Below are positions 37,802 to 47,124 of a stretch of 64,000 bases of DNA, one piece after another. The notes below the pieces were generated by a model that did no database searches, was not told the origin of the DNA, and saw only the letters and a list, made by a program, of their open reading frames with translations. Source of the stretch: an uncultured bacterium (GTDB taxonomy: Bacteria; Krumholzibacteriota; Krumholzibacteriia; Krumholzibacteriales; Krumholzibacteriaceae); NCBI GenBank assembly GCA_965369375.1, contig CBDUQN010000002.1:36966-100965 (forward strand). The letters run 5' to 3'. How positions within the stretch are numbered: position 1 is the stretch's first letter; each line of letters opens with the position of its first letter. The position numbers and the translations under genes were made by a program.

Positions 37802-39133
37802 TCAGGGACCAGAGCCAATTGCGGTAAAGATCCGATGGAGCGAAGCAAGCGTTCCCGCCTCGAGGCGCCCCTGGGCGTTTGCCGAATTCGATGCGCCGAT
37901 TTCGTGAGAATCATCAATAACGGAAATCGCCATGCGATCGACGATCTCACCGGCGGGATCTCTCAGGGTGAGTTGCAGATCGGCCCCATCGAAAAAGCCG
38001 CCGCCTTCGGGAAACGGCTCTTTCGTGATTTTAGTGAACTTGATGCTCTCCAACTTTCTCAGAAACCGGTTTATCTCGTGCGAGTTGATCGGCGCCGAGG
38101 GGGCGCCGGCCATGTTCCACCGTCCGCCCGAAGCTTCAAAGACGGCCGATGTGTCTGCTGTTTCATAGTGAATGGTATGTAGCGCACCAACGTAGTAAAA
38201 GGTGAGATTCATGGCGCGCATTCCGTTCTCGAGGATATCGAACAGTCCTTCGACCTTACGGTCGAGAAGCAGCACCCGGTCTTCGCCGGTGCGGACGGCA
38301 TAGATACGGTTGCCCTTCCGGGCTCCGAAACGGATCGTTACGGTATCTGCGGCGGTGTACAGCACGATCTCGCGTTTCGGTTCTCCGAAGCCGAAAGACG
38401 AGAGGCTGTCGATATCTTCACGCGCGAACTCATAGACAAGCGCTTTCGTGATTTTATTGAGGTTTCCTTCGACTACTGCGTTGTGAACTCGGTGCCTCGG
38501 TTTCTCCCGCCACCAGTGATATGCGGTTCTCTCGAGAGAAACACGCTTCGTTCCTCCGGTGATCGTGATTTTGTTGATCGCCTCTGCGCGCAGGTGGAGG
38601 AAGTTTTTATCCCTCAGGTGGTACAGGTTTTTCTGCATCACATTGCGGGTCATCTCGTGCGCGACGATGATGTTCGGTGAACCGCCGAGACGAACATAGC
38701 TGCTCGAACCTGTTGGCGTCTTGTCGCCGACAAATATGGTATCGGGCTGCGAGCGCGCGCTCGAGAATATAATGAGTGTGGCGAACGGTTCCGCGAGTCC
38801 GTAGCCGGCCGGATCGATGGCGCCGGCGAGCTCTTTCAATCGAAATCCCGGTACCGTTTGCCGGAGCAACACGTCTATTGTGGAATTAGAGCCGGGTGTG
38901 ATAGTCGGGTAGGTGATCATCCAGTCGTCGCCGCGGCGTTCCATTTCGATCCGCTCGCCCCGAGGGTTGATCAGAACGAGCCACTGAACATCTTTCGGGC
39001 CGTAAGGAAGGAGCTTTCGCGCGATTATTCTCTCCTCTTCCTTTGCGGCTTGTTGCCTCTTTTCGACAAGAAAGTAGAAGAGAGCGATCACGGTGAAGGC
39101 GGCGAGGAGTATCCAGGTTGTCTTGAACTTCAT
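37802..39133 (-). CDS. DUF4340-domain protein (periplasmic partner commonly encoded after GldG-like genes)
   Basis: N-terminal TM anchor KTTWILLAAFTVIALFYFLV then a roughly 400 aa soluble domain. Last gene of the ABC-GldG operon. Confidence 0.55.
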   Translation of the reverse strand: MKFKTTWILLAAFTVIALFYFLVEKRQQAAKEEERIIARKLLPYGPKDVQWLVLINPRGERIEMERRGDDWMITYPTITPGSNSTIDVLLRQTVPGFRLKELAGAIDPAGYGLAEPFATLIIFSSARSQPDTIFVGDKTPTGSSSYVRLGGSPNIIVAHEMTRNVMQKNLYHLRDKNFLHLRAEAINKITITGGTKRVSLERTAYHWWREKPRHRVHNAVVEGNLNKITKALVYEFAREDIDSLSSFGFGEPKREIVLYTAADTVTIRFGARKGNRIYAVRTGEDRVLLLDRKVEGLFDILENGMRAMNLTFYYVGALHTIHYETADTSAVFEASGGRWNMAGAPSAPINSHEINRFLRKLESIKFTKITKEPFPEGGGFFDGADLQLTLRDPAGEIVDRMAISVIDDSHEIGASNSANAQGRLEAGTLASLHRIFTAIGSGP

Positions 39134-39146
39134 CGGTCACGCTCCA

Positions 39147-40697
39147 TCAACCCGATCGTCTCCTGTTGATTCCTGCAATGATTCCAAGGATCGTCACGAG
39201 CGCCGGCAGTCCGAAGATCGGTATCCAGAAAAAGATTCGTCCCTGCCGGTCGGAAAAGAGAAGGGGCTGAACCATGGGATCTTTCGCGCGGATTGCAATG
39301 AGATTCTCCTCGGCGGCAAGCCAGCTAATCGTGTTCATGATCAGATCCTTGTTGGCGAGCAGCTCGAAGTATGCGTTGTTGGCGAAATCGCTGTCGCCGA
39401 AGACCGCTATACGGCTGCCGCCGGTTGTATCGCCCTCCGCCGTCACCGTTGGTGCTCTCGTCGCCACCGCTGCGAGGTGCAAAGGGCCGGAGATGTCGCT
39501 TTCGCCTTCGAATTGGCTCTTTCCGGCGAGGAGGGTATCGATATTGGTCTCCCCGTAAGCCGTTTTTCCCGTCGAGGCGATCGCCGATACGCTCAACCCG
39601 TCGGAAGGCTTCCCGGAAACCATGACTGTTCGCGCCCTGGGAAACAGTGATGCCATCGTTATCTTTTCGGTGATCGGATGGTCGGAATATTCAGTGACGA
39701 CGGGGATGAGGAAGTTGCCGGCCATGATCCTTCCCGATTTATCGATTATGACGTTGTCGCCGACTTCGATACCGTAACCGGTAATAATGGTTTCCAATTC
39801 GGAGAGCTCGAGAATCGGCTCGAGCATGACGAGAACGTTGCCGCCCTTCGCAAGGTAGCGTGAAACGACTTCCCGCTCCTGGGGAAAGAGATCCTTCTCC
39901 GGGCCCGCAATAACGAGTATATAGCTGTCGTCCGGCACCGCTGCATCCCGTAATGTGAGAAGCTCTTTCACCTCGTAATTTTCACCCTTTAGTGCCTCCC
40001 GCAGCTTGCTGTATCCGTCCGTGTCGGTGTTCGTGACCGATTTTTCTCCGTGGCCTGTGAGGAAGTAGATGACCTTCTTTTCCTCGCGGATTACGCGCAG
40101 AATTACGTTGGTGATCTTTTCTTCCGTGATCTGAGATATTTTCTCTTCGGCGCCGCCGCTTCTGACGACGATTGTTCCGTCATCGGTGACGTCGTACCGA
40201 TTGGTCGTCACCGGGTCCTTATCGGGATCGATGAAGGTATAGAAAATGCGCGGACTCCTGCTCGTATATTCCTTGAGAAGCTCCTCGAGCTCGATCTTTC
40301 CGGGAGTTGTCCCTTTGAAGAAGCAGGTGAATTCGACTTCCCGGTCCAAGTTGTTCAGTATCTGGACGGTCTGTGAGGAGAGAGAAAACCTCTTGTTTCT
40401 CGTCGTGTCGATCCGCGCATTGTGTCTTGCAGAGAGTGTCTGCAGCAGGATGAGGATCGAGGCGAGAAATACGATCGAGGCGCCGGTATGCATACCGTAT
40501 CGCGCCGTTCTGCGGTATCCGGCCGCATCCTTCCTTCGCAGGTTGCTTACCAGGGAGAATACGACGAGAACGAGACCGACGAGCAGAGGCGCGAAAGCGA
40601 TCGGTCCGCTCGTGTAGAGTATTCCGTAGGTGACGCCCCCGACGAGGATGAGCGCGAGACCGACGGGACCGGCAAGCATTTTCAATCGTTCCACCAT
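39147..40697 (-). CDS. GldG-like ABC-transporter auxiliary component (Gldg family)
   Basis: N-terminal TM hairpin, large extracytoplasmic domain, C-terminal TM (LPALVTILGIIAGINRRRS). ATG 40697 shares one nt with the TGA of the upstream permease gene. The tool ORF is over-extended to 41033. Confidence 0.7.
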   Translation of the reverse strand: MVERLKMLAGPVGLALILVGGVTYGILYTSGPIAFAPLLVGLVLVVFSLVSNLRRKDAAGYRRTARYGMHTGASIVFLASILILLQTLSARHNARIDTTRNKRFSLSSQTVQILNNLDREVEFTCFFKGTTPGKIELEELLKEYTSRSPRIFYTFIDPDKDPVTTNRYDVTDDGTIVVRSGGAEEKISQITEEKITNVILRVIREEKKVIYFLTGHGEKSVTNTDTDGYSKLREALKGENYEVKELLTLRDAAVPDDSYILVIAGPEKDLFPQEREVVSRYLAKGGNVLVMLEPILELSELETIITGYGIEVGDNVIIDKSGRIMAGNFLIPVVTEYSDHPITEKITMASLFPRARTVMVSGKPSDGLSVSAIASTGKTAYGETNIDTLLAGKSQFEGESDISGPLHLAAVATRAPTVTAEGDTTGGSRIAVFGDSDFANNAYFELLANKDLIMNTISWLAAEENLIAIRAKDPMVQPLLFSDRQGRIFFWIPIFGLPALVTILGIIAGINRRRSG

Positions 40698-41467
40698 CAG
40701 CTTCTCCAGCGGGTTGATTCGATTGAGCGTACGGATAGAAACAGAAAAAACGTGGTGAGAAAGATGTAATAACTCACATCCTGCGTATCGATAACGCCCT
40801 TGGAAAAGGAGCCGAAATGCTGAAGCAGTGAGAACTGCGAAATTATCTTCGATGACCTGGGGCCGACGAAGGGCGCCGCCCAGCCGATGAGGAGAAAAAA
40901 GAGCGCAAGTCCGAATGTCAGAACACCAGCCACGAGCTGGCTGCTCGTTACGGACGAAAAAAAGATACCTATCGAGATAAAGGTGCAGCCGACGAGGAAC
41001 AATCCCAGGTATCCCACCAGTATCGGGCCCCATTCGGGTTCGGCGAGAATGTCGAGGAGGATGGGGTAGAGGAGCGTGGCGCCGATCATGATAGCGAACA
41101 TTGTGAGCGATGCGAGAAATTTGCCGGCGATCACGTAGCCATCACGAATAGGGTAGGTAAGCAGGAGTTCGAACGTTCCTTCCCTCTTCTCCTCGGCGAT
41201 CAGTCGCATGGTGAGCAGGGGGAGAACGAGCAGGAGCACGATGCTTATATTGCTCAGCAGGGGCTGGATGATACCTTCGACGAGGTTGAGGTATTGTTCG
41301 TAAGCAGGTTGTCTCGCGGCCTGGTACGATACCCAGTTGTATTTCGCGCACTGATTAAAGAAGAAGAAACCGGATATGAAGAGGAAAACGGCATACGTCA
41401 CATAGGCCGCTGTATGTTGAAAGTAATACTTTAACTCTCTTTTGTAAATAGCTATTATTTTAAGCAT
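40697..41467 (-). CDS. ABC-2 family transporter permease (GldF-like)
   Basis: Six predicted TM helices, 256 aa. Positioned between the ATPase and the GldG-like gene. Confidence 0.7.
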   Translation of the reverse strand: MLKIIAIYKRELKYYFQHTAAYVTYAVFLFISGFFFFNQCAKYNWVSYQAARQPAYEQYLNLVEGIIQPLLSNISIVLLLVLPLLTMRLIAEEKREGTFELLLTYPIRDGYVIAGKFLASLTMFAIMIGATLLYPILLDILAEPEWGPILVGYLGLFLVGCTFISIGIFFSSVTSSQLVAGVLTFGLALFFLLIGWAAPFVGPRSSKIISQFSLLQHFGSFSKGVIDTQDVSYYIFLTTFFLFLSVRSIESTRWRS

Positions 41468-42412
41468 TTATATCGCCTCTTCGGTAATCAGCCGAAGGTA
41501 GATGTCCTCGAGTGTGAGCTCCTCTTGATAGATTTCGATGAGCGGGAGGTCCGCCGCTGTGAGCGTCTTGACGATCTCGCCGCGAAGGTCACGATCGGGT
41601 GGCGTTTCGATCGTCAGGCCCCGCGGCCCGTCCGTGACGTGGTCTTCGGTAACGAGCTGGATCCCTTCCAGTTTCGAAAGTATATCTCTCGCGTGTTCCG
41701 ATGGTGCGGTATTTTTCAGTTTGATGTGGATTACCGAGGCTTGTTTGAGTTTCGCCCGGAGATTGTCCGGGGTGTCGTCCGCAACGAGCTCGCCCCTGTT
41801 TATGATGATAATCCGGTTACAGACATGACTAACCTCGGGAAGGATATGGCTGCTCAGGATAATGGTCCGGTCTTGCCCGAGGCCCTTGATCAGCTCCCTG
41901 ATCTCTATGATCTGCTTCGGGTCGAGGCCTATCGTCGGCTCGTCGAGAATCAGGAGCTCGGGATCGGCAAGGAGCGCCTGCGCGATTCCGATTCGCTGCT
42001 GGTATCCCTTCGAAAGTTTCTGAATCATCCGTTTGGGAACCGACTGCAGGCCGCATTGCTCGAGGACCCGGTCCACTTCGCGGGGGATACGCCTCGCATG
42101 GACACCCTTGAGCCGCGCGATATATTCGAGGTAGTGGTACGTGCTCATGTCTCCATAGAGGGGATTGTGTTCCGGGAGGTAACCGATGCACGCGCGAGCG
42201 GCAAGCGAATTCTCGAGAATATCATAACCGAAGATACTCGCCGTCCCCGAGCTGGGGGGGAGGTAGCAGGTCAGCATCTTCATGGTCGTCGTTTTGCCGG
42301 CTCCGTTCGGGCCGAGAAACCCGAGCACCTCGCCTTTGGCGACTTCGAAATTCAGATCACGGGCACCGACAGTGGCCCCGTAGTATTTGGTCAGACCCCT
42401 GACCTTTATCAA
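41468..42412 (-). CDS. ABC transporter ATP-binding protein (GldA-like)
   Basis: Walker A GPNGAGKTT, signature LSKGYQQRIGIAQAL, Walker B LLILDEPTIGLD. TTG start at 42412 with GGGAGG 6 nt upstream gives the canonical MIKVRGLTKYYG N-terminus. Confidence 0.8.
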   Translation of the reverse strand: MIKVRGLTKYYGATVGARDLNFEVAKGEVLGFLGPNGAGKTTTMKMLTCYLPPSSGTASIFGYDILENSLAARACIGYLPEHNPLYGDMSTYHYLEYIARLKGVHARRIPREVDRVLEQCGLQSVPKRMIQKLSKGYQQRIGIAQALLADPELLILDEPTIGLDPKQIIEIRELIKGLGQDRTIILSSHILPEVSHVCNRIIIINRGELVADDTPDNLRAKLKQASVIHIKLKNTAPSEHARDILSKLEGIQLVTEDHVTDGPRGLTIETPPDRDLRGEIVKTLTAADLPLIEIYQEELTLEDIYLRLITEEAI

Positions 42413-42480
42413 AAAGAACCTCCCGCGAGAACGCCGAGGCTGTGTGTAACCATGCTGATGATAATTCCAGTAACTTATAA

Positions 42481-42509
42481 AATGTAGTACTTTGCGGCAA
42501 AGTGTCAAT
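42481..42509 (-). promoter_or_regulatory. Sigma70-type promoter of the gldA-like operon (minus strand TTGACA-N17-TACATT) with a 15-bp perfect palindrome ACTTTGCgGCAAAGT in the spacer
   Basis: Consensus -35 TTGACA and near-consensus -10 read on the reverse complement. The 7-bp inverted-repeat arms fill the spacer. Confidence 0.5.
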
Positions 42510-42718
42510 TACAAACACGAAATAATTCTTTACCTCTGGCGGCGGGCTTATCTATTATGGCCCGTAATGCGAATCTGATAGCGTGTCATGTATGCGGATG
42601 GGGCGGGAACCGGCCCGCCGCCGGATTCAATGCGCTATCGGTTGAATTGATGGAACAAAATACGATAGCGCGCGTAGAGACTTATGATGCCGTTATGTAA
42701 CCAGGAGAAAGGAATGAG

Positions 42719-43195
42719 ATGAAAAGAGTATTCCTTCTGGCTGTCGTCATCGTTTTGCTGATGACATCCTCGCCTCAGGCCGATGGGAACGGTGACGTCT
42801 GGTATTCGGTTGTGTTTCCCGGATGGGGCCAGATGAGGTCGGGCCGGTACGGACGCGGGGCCACCTTTTTGACCCTCGGAGTCGTTTCACTGACCGGTCT
42901 CTTCATGTCGGAGGTTCAGTACAACAGGGCTGTGGAGGATTATGAAATCGGGCGCGCAAACTACCTGAACGCGACCTACATCGGTGATGCCGTGTCGTGG
43001 TACGATCAGATGAATGCCAAATGGAACGATGCCGAGAACTTGCACACGTATCGCCAGGTATTTCTATACAGCTACCTGGGCGTATGGGCGATAAATGTAA
43101 TCGACATGCTCGTGGGGCCCGAAGCAAAGCAACCACCGATTACGATGACGGTCGATGGCGATGGGTTCTACGTTATAAAGACATTTTCATTCTAA
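42719..43195 (+). CDS. Small secreted/membrane protein, DUF5683-like
   Basis: Signal peptide MKRVFLLAVVIVLLMTSSPQA. SVVFPGWGQM motif and hydrophobic helices. Family assignment from memory. Confidence 0.4.
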   Translation: MKRVFLLAVVIVLLMTSSPQADGNGDVWYSVVFPGWGQMRSGRYGRGATFLTLGVVSLTGLFMSEVQYNRAVEDYEIGRANYLNATYIGDAVSWYDQMNAKWNDAENLHTYRQVFLYSYLGVWAINVIDMLVGPEAKQPPITMTVDGDGFYVIKTFSF

Positions 43196-43211
43196 CGGCT
43201 GGGAGTAAACG

Positions 43212-43598
43212 ATGAAGCGAATACTAGCGATCTGCTCGATATGCCTGCTGGCGCTGCTGGGCGCCTGCTCAAAGGATCATACAGACCTGCCTACGGGATT
43301 CATCTACGATCCGCCGTCCACACCGACCAATCTCCAGGTGGAGGGGGGAGCGGAGCGAGCTGCCCTCTCGTGGAGCTACCCCGAGGATGAGTATGATGAT
43401 GTGGAGTTCAGGATCTACTACTATGTGCAGGTCTTTGATCTGCTGGAACTCATAGGAACGACGAGCGATTCCACCTATATAGATTCCCTGCTCGTGGGTA
43501 ATCTAGTTTACTGCTACTCCATATCCGCAGTCGATACAACAACGGGTCTTGAAGGTTGGCGCACGCCGTCCGTATGCGATACCGTCTATTCCAAGTAA
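43212..43598 (+). CDS. Lipoprotein with fibronectin-III-like domain
   Basis: Lipobox LLALLGACSKD; TNLQVEGGAERAALSWSYPED resembles an FN3 strand pattern. Confidence 0.4.
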   Translation: MKRILAICSICLLALLGACSKDHTDLPTGFIYDPPSTPTNLQVEGGAERAALSWSYPEDEYDDVEFRIYYYVQVFDLLELIGTTSDSTYIDSLLVGNLVYCYSISAVDTTTGLEGWRTPSVCDTVYSK

Positions 43599-43702
43599 CT
43601 GCACAGAGATAACTTCCCCCTTAGAGAATCCGGGCGGTACCGGGCAGCGGGCCGATTATGGCATGAAAAGTGCTGCAATCAGCCTATGTCAAGAGGTGGA
43701 GT

Positions 43703-44254
43703 ATGCCTGAAAAAATCAATAACGTTACATCCGGGAAAGAGCTCGGCCTCGGCGAGGCGATCTTCGATCAGCCTGATACGCGAAAGAACTATCGTGTCAT
43801 GCTCGAGGGCGAAAACAAAGAGATCGAAACGGCGGCTTCGTTTGCGATAAAGATTTCGATCCTGCTCAAGGTGCCTGTAACGAGGATCAAGCATACCATG
43901 CGCAGCCTCCCCGCGACCCTTTGGGCGGGGCCGAGCAAGATTCAGGCGCAGCGCCTGCTCGCATTGATCGAAGAAGCCGGTGGTTTAGGGCGGATAGAAG
44001 AGAAAGAACGGAATGATAAAAGCGCCGATCCGAAAAGCCCGAAGAGTCAGGACATGAAGGCGTGCCGGTCGTGCGGTTTCTCGATCAAGAATGGTGACAA
44101 GTTCTGCGGATTCTGCACCACTCCCGTCACTCACACCGAGCAGACCGAAACACACGTCAAAGTCGAAGGCAAACAAACGGTTCCAATGACTCGTCTCGTT
44201 TTCTACCTGGCGCTCTTTATCGCCATTTTAATTATCGCGTTGGCTCTGCGATAG
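43703..44254 (+). CDS. Membrane-anchored protein with an L7/L12-C-terminal-like domain and a zinc ribbon
   Basis: AGGTGGAG RBS before ATG 43703. Region AAS FAIKISILLKVPVTRIKHTMRSL...LIEEAGG resembles the bL12 C-terminal domain. CRSCGFSIKNGDKFCGFC zinc ribbon. C-terminal TM LVFYLALFIAILIIALAL. Confidence 0.4.
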   Translation: MPEKINNVTSGKELGLGEAIFDQPDTRKNYRVMLEGENKEIETAASFAIKISILLKVPVTRIKHTMRSLPATLWAGPSKIQAQRLLALIEEAGGLGRIEEKERNDKSADPKSPKSQDMKACRSCGFSIKNGDKFCGFCTTPVTHTEQTETHVKVEGKQTVPMTRLVFYLALFIAILIIALALR

Positions 44255-44285
44255 TGATTGCGATAGGTACTCACCCTAACACTCT

Positions 44286-45185
44286 TTACCCGAGAAGATC
44301 GCCTTGGCGGGAAACGTTTGTAGCTATCGCCCCGAGCTGCGGGTAGGCGGTGGTCAGTGTGGGGGGCACGTCGAGTTTTCGTTTCTCCAGCATCGACTTG
44401 ATCTGGAAGGCGTTGACGAGCGCCTGACCGCGATAATGATTATTTGTTATGATAAAAAGATTTTGCACCTTCTCCAACATCCTCTTGGCCCTATCACGCC
44501 ATTCTTCTAGCTCGCTTTCGTTATAGAGATAATCATACCGTTCGTCCCTGCCCGCTTCCTTCCTGAACCAGTTTCTCCTGTTCCGTCCGTGCAGACGTAT
44601 GTATCCGAGTTTTTCATCGGTCACATATTCCGTCGGAGGTATCGATTTCCCGATCACCGGCTGGTCTATATTGCAAAATGCAAGTCCGCTGCCGGTCAGG
44701 AGCTTTCTGGTTTCGTGCGCGTTCCAGGAGCCGTGGCGGAGTTCGATCGCCGTGGGGTATCCGGAAAACCAGCCCCCGAGTTTTTCGAGGTACCGGCGAT
44801 TGACGGCTTCGTTCTTGAACGACCATGGGAATTGGAGCAGGAACGCACCGATCTTCCCGCATTCCAACAGCGGATCGAAGCGGTGTATGAATGCGCCTAT
44901 CTCGTTTCCGGTCGCCTTCATCTCGTGCGTGTAGCGCTGCCACACTTTCACGCTGAATTTGAATCGTTGATTAAAGGACAGGCGCCTCCTCCAGCTCTCG
45001 ACGAGCCGTTCTCCCGGGATGCGATAGAACGAGCTGTTGAGCTCGATGCAATCGAAGAACCGCGCAATCGTCACGAGCTGGTCGACCTTTTTGCCGGCGG
45101 GATAGACGGGCCCGACCCAGTCCTTGTACGACCACCCGGCCGGACCGATATAGAGATCGGACGAGTGTGTTCGAGCATTATTCAT
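44286..45185 (-). CDS. DUF72-domain protein (UPF0759)
   Basis: N-terminus LYIGPAGWSYKDW typical of DUF72 (YIGTSGWSY). ATG 45185 with AGGTGG 7 nt upstream. Confidence 0.7.
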   Translation of the reverse strand: MNNARTHSSDLYIGPAGWSYKDWVGPVYPAGKKVDQLVTIARFFDCIELNSSFYRIPGERLVESWRRRLSFNQRFKFSVKVWQRYTHEMKATGNEIGAFIHRFDPLLECGKIGAFLLQFPWSFKNEAVNRRYLEKLGGWFSGYPTAIELRHGSWNAHETRKLLTGSGLAFCNIDQPVIGKSIPPTEYVTDEKLGYIRLHGRNRRNWFRKEAGRDERYDYLYNESELEEWRDRAKRMLEKVQNLFIITNNHYRGQALVNAFQIKSMLEKRKLDVPPTLTTAYPQLGAIATNVSRQGDLLG

Positions 45186-45306
45186 CGGTTTACCACCTGC
45201 CGGCACAAGGATATCCGGCTGGAAATATCAGCACAATTCTTTTTTGTTCTTCTTGGGCCGTGCTTTCGTCTGGAAAAATAGATCGTTATGGATTATAACT
45301 GTCTTC

Positions 45307-46824
45307 ATGAGGGAAGCACGGAATAGCGTAGGAGGATGGGCGCTCATCACGGCAATAATGGTCGTGGCATTATTCTTGAGGCTTTTCCGTATCGGCCACC
45401 AGTCCTTGTGGATCGATGAGCTGCTTTCGCTCAGGGCCATCACCCCCCCTCCCGGTGTTTCGTTCTGGGAAAGAGTCCTCTGGGATGTTCACGGACCCCT
45501 TCACTCGACGATCCTTCATTTCTGGAGCCGCGTTTCGATGTCGGATGCGTGGTTGAGAGGACCGAGCGCAATTGCCGGTGCCCTCTCCGTGTTCTTCATC
45601 TATCGGTGGCTCGCACCGAAAGGGGGGAGGGAAAGAGCCTTAGCGGCGGCCCTTATCCTTGCGCTCAATCCATTCAGCCTGTACTACTCTCAGGAGCTCC
45701 GATTCTATTCGTTGCTCGTTCTCTTCGTGATCATATCCCTGATCGTTTTCGAGCGCTTCCTCGAGCATCCGTCGCCGGGCAGCGGTGCGGTTCTCGGAGT
45801 TATCCTCGCACTGACTTGCCTGTCGCACTTCTCGGGCGGATTCCTCTGCCTCGCCTTTCTCGTCTACCTGACCTGCACCGGGAGGTTGAAGGGCGGACAC
45901 CTCTGGCCGGCGTTGCTCGCCGTTGTTATCGTTCTCGGGGCGATATCACCGTGGATCTATCGCGAGATCCTCAATTTGCGGAGCATAGAGGTAGTGAATA
46001 TTTCAACACTCCCAGTCGAAGAGAGACTGAGAGGCGAACTGACGCTGAATCTCTGGTCCTACCCGTATATTCTACACGCTTTTTCCACCGGGTACTCGTT
46101 CGGTCCCGATCTTCGCGAGCTCCATATGATCGGTTCCGCATTCGAACTGCTCAAGGGCTATTGGCCGCACCTGCTGATAACCGTAGCGCTCTTCGGCGGC
46201 CTCGCGGCGGCGGGAGTGGTCAGCGCATTCAGAGAAGGCAGGCTCGGGTTCTTCCTATCTATTGTTGCGGTTACGATCGTTTCCGGAACGGTCATAGCGC
46301 TGCTGAATATAAAGGTGTTCAACGTCCGGTACCTGATGAGCGCGTTCCCCGTTTTCATAGCGCTCCTCGCGTATGGATTGCCAAAACGCAGGATTTACCG
46401 GATAGCGTTTCTCGCGGTCGTCGCTGCCGTGATGCTCGTTTCCGATTGGAACTATTATTTCGCTGCGAAATATGCGAGGGACGATCTGAGGGGTGCGGCG
46501 CGCATCGTCGGCATGGAGGAGAGAGAGGGAGATTTGATAGTCACGGGTATGGCGAAACTCTTCACGTATTACTACGAAGGCCATAACCGGGTCAGGTATA
46601 TACGTCCCCGGAAGCACGATAGAGATGTCTTGAGAGAGATCGTCGGGACAATAATCGAGGGTCATCCGAGAGTCTGGTATCTTCGAACGAGAACGTGGCA
46701 CTTCGATCCCGATGATTCGCTCATTGATGTTCTTTCGTCATCGTTTCAGGGGCGCGAGGAATGGGACCTGCCCGGCATACGGTTGATGCTCTTCAAAGAA
46801 TCTTCTATAACTGATAATAAGTGA
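45307..46824 (+). CDS. Polytopic membrane glycosyltransferase, PMT/ArnT-like (GT39/GT83 fold)
   Basis: Multiple TM helices with N-terminal motifs (IGHQSLWIDE, DVHGPLH, ALNPFSLYYSQELRFYS) typical of dolichyl/undecaprenyl-phosphate-sugar-utilising transferases. Start uncertain (TTG 45244 or ATG 45307). Confidence 0.55.
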   Translation: MREARNSVGGWALITAIMVVALFLRLFRIGHQSLWIDELLSLRAITPPPGVSFWERVLWDVHGPLHSTILHFWSRVSMSDAWLRGPSAIAGALSVFFIYRWLAPKGGRERALAAALILALNPFSLYYSQELRFYSLLVLFVIISLIVFERFLEHPSPGSGAVLGVILALTCLSHFSGGFLCLAFLVYLTCTGRLKGGHLWPALLAVVIVLGAISPWIYREILNLRSIEVVNISTLPVEERLRGELTLNLWSYPYILHAFSTGYSFGPDLRELHMIGSAFELLKGYWPHLLITVALFGGLAAAGVVSAFREGRLGFFLSIVAVTIVSGTVIALLNIKVFNVRYLMSAFPVFIALLAYGLPKRRIYRIAFLAVVAAVMLVSDWNYYFAAKYARDDLRGAARIVGMEEREGDLIVTGMAKLFTYYYEGHNRVRYIRPRKHDRDVLREIVGTIIEGHPRVWYLRTRTWHFDPDDSLIDVLSSSFQGREEWDLPGIRLMLFKESSITDNK

Positions 46825-46918
46825 CGCACAGGCAACCACTTACACTCTTTGATAATTTTAAAAAGAGCGGCTTTATATTAATATATTCCGGCATGGCTCA
46901 ATAATTATGTTCAGGAGG

Positions 46919-46946
46919 TTGACAGTTGGATAAAGCGTGATATAAT
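46919..46946 (+). promoter_or_regulatory. Consensus sigma70 promoter: TTGACA (46919-46924), 16-nt spacer, TATAAT (46941-46946)
   Basis: Both hexamers are perfect consensus, read directly. Located in an AT-rich 300-nt gap upstream of the sORF and lipoprotein gene. Confidence 0.6.
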
Positions 46947-46984
46947 ACAATGTGTAGGGAGGGTTCCTCCAGAGGAGGCATCCC

Positions 46985-47119
46985 ATGAACGCAGAAAGCC
47001 CTAAAAAACCGAACTTTGACCGAGGCGCTACGGGTGAAATTGCACCATGGCGTTTTTTTTGTGCATTGGATATCCCTACCGCCAATGCCGGCCGATACCG
47101 TAAGACCCGAGAGGATTGA
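46985..47119 (+). CDS. Candidate small ORF, 44 aa (MNAESPKKPNFDRGATGEIAPWRFFCALDIPTANAGRYRKTRED), possibly a leader or upstream peptide of the lipoprotein gene
   Basis: Strong SD AGAGGAGG 6 nt before ATG 46985, about 30 nt downstream of the consensus promoter. The TGA stop (47117-47119) lies inside the RBS of the next gene (ATG 47125). Below the 60-aa ORF-track cutoff. No homolog recognised. Confidence 0.3.
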   Translation: MNAESPKKPNFDRGATGEIAPWRFFCALDIPTANAGRYRKTRED

Positions 47120-47124
47120 GGAAC

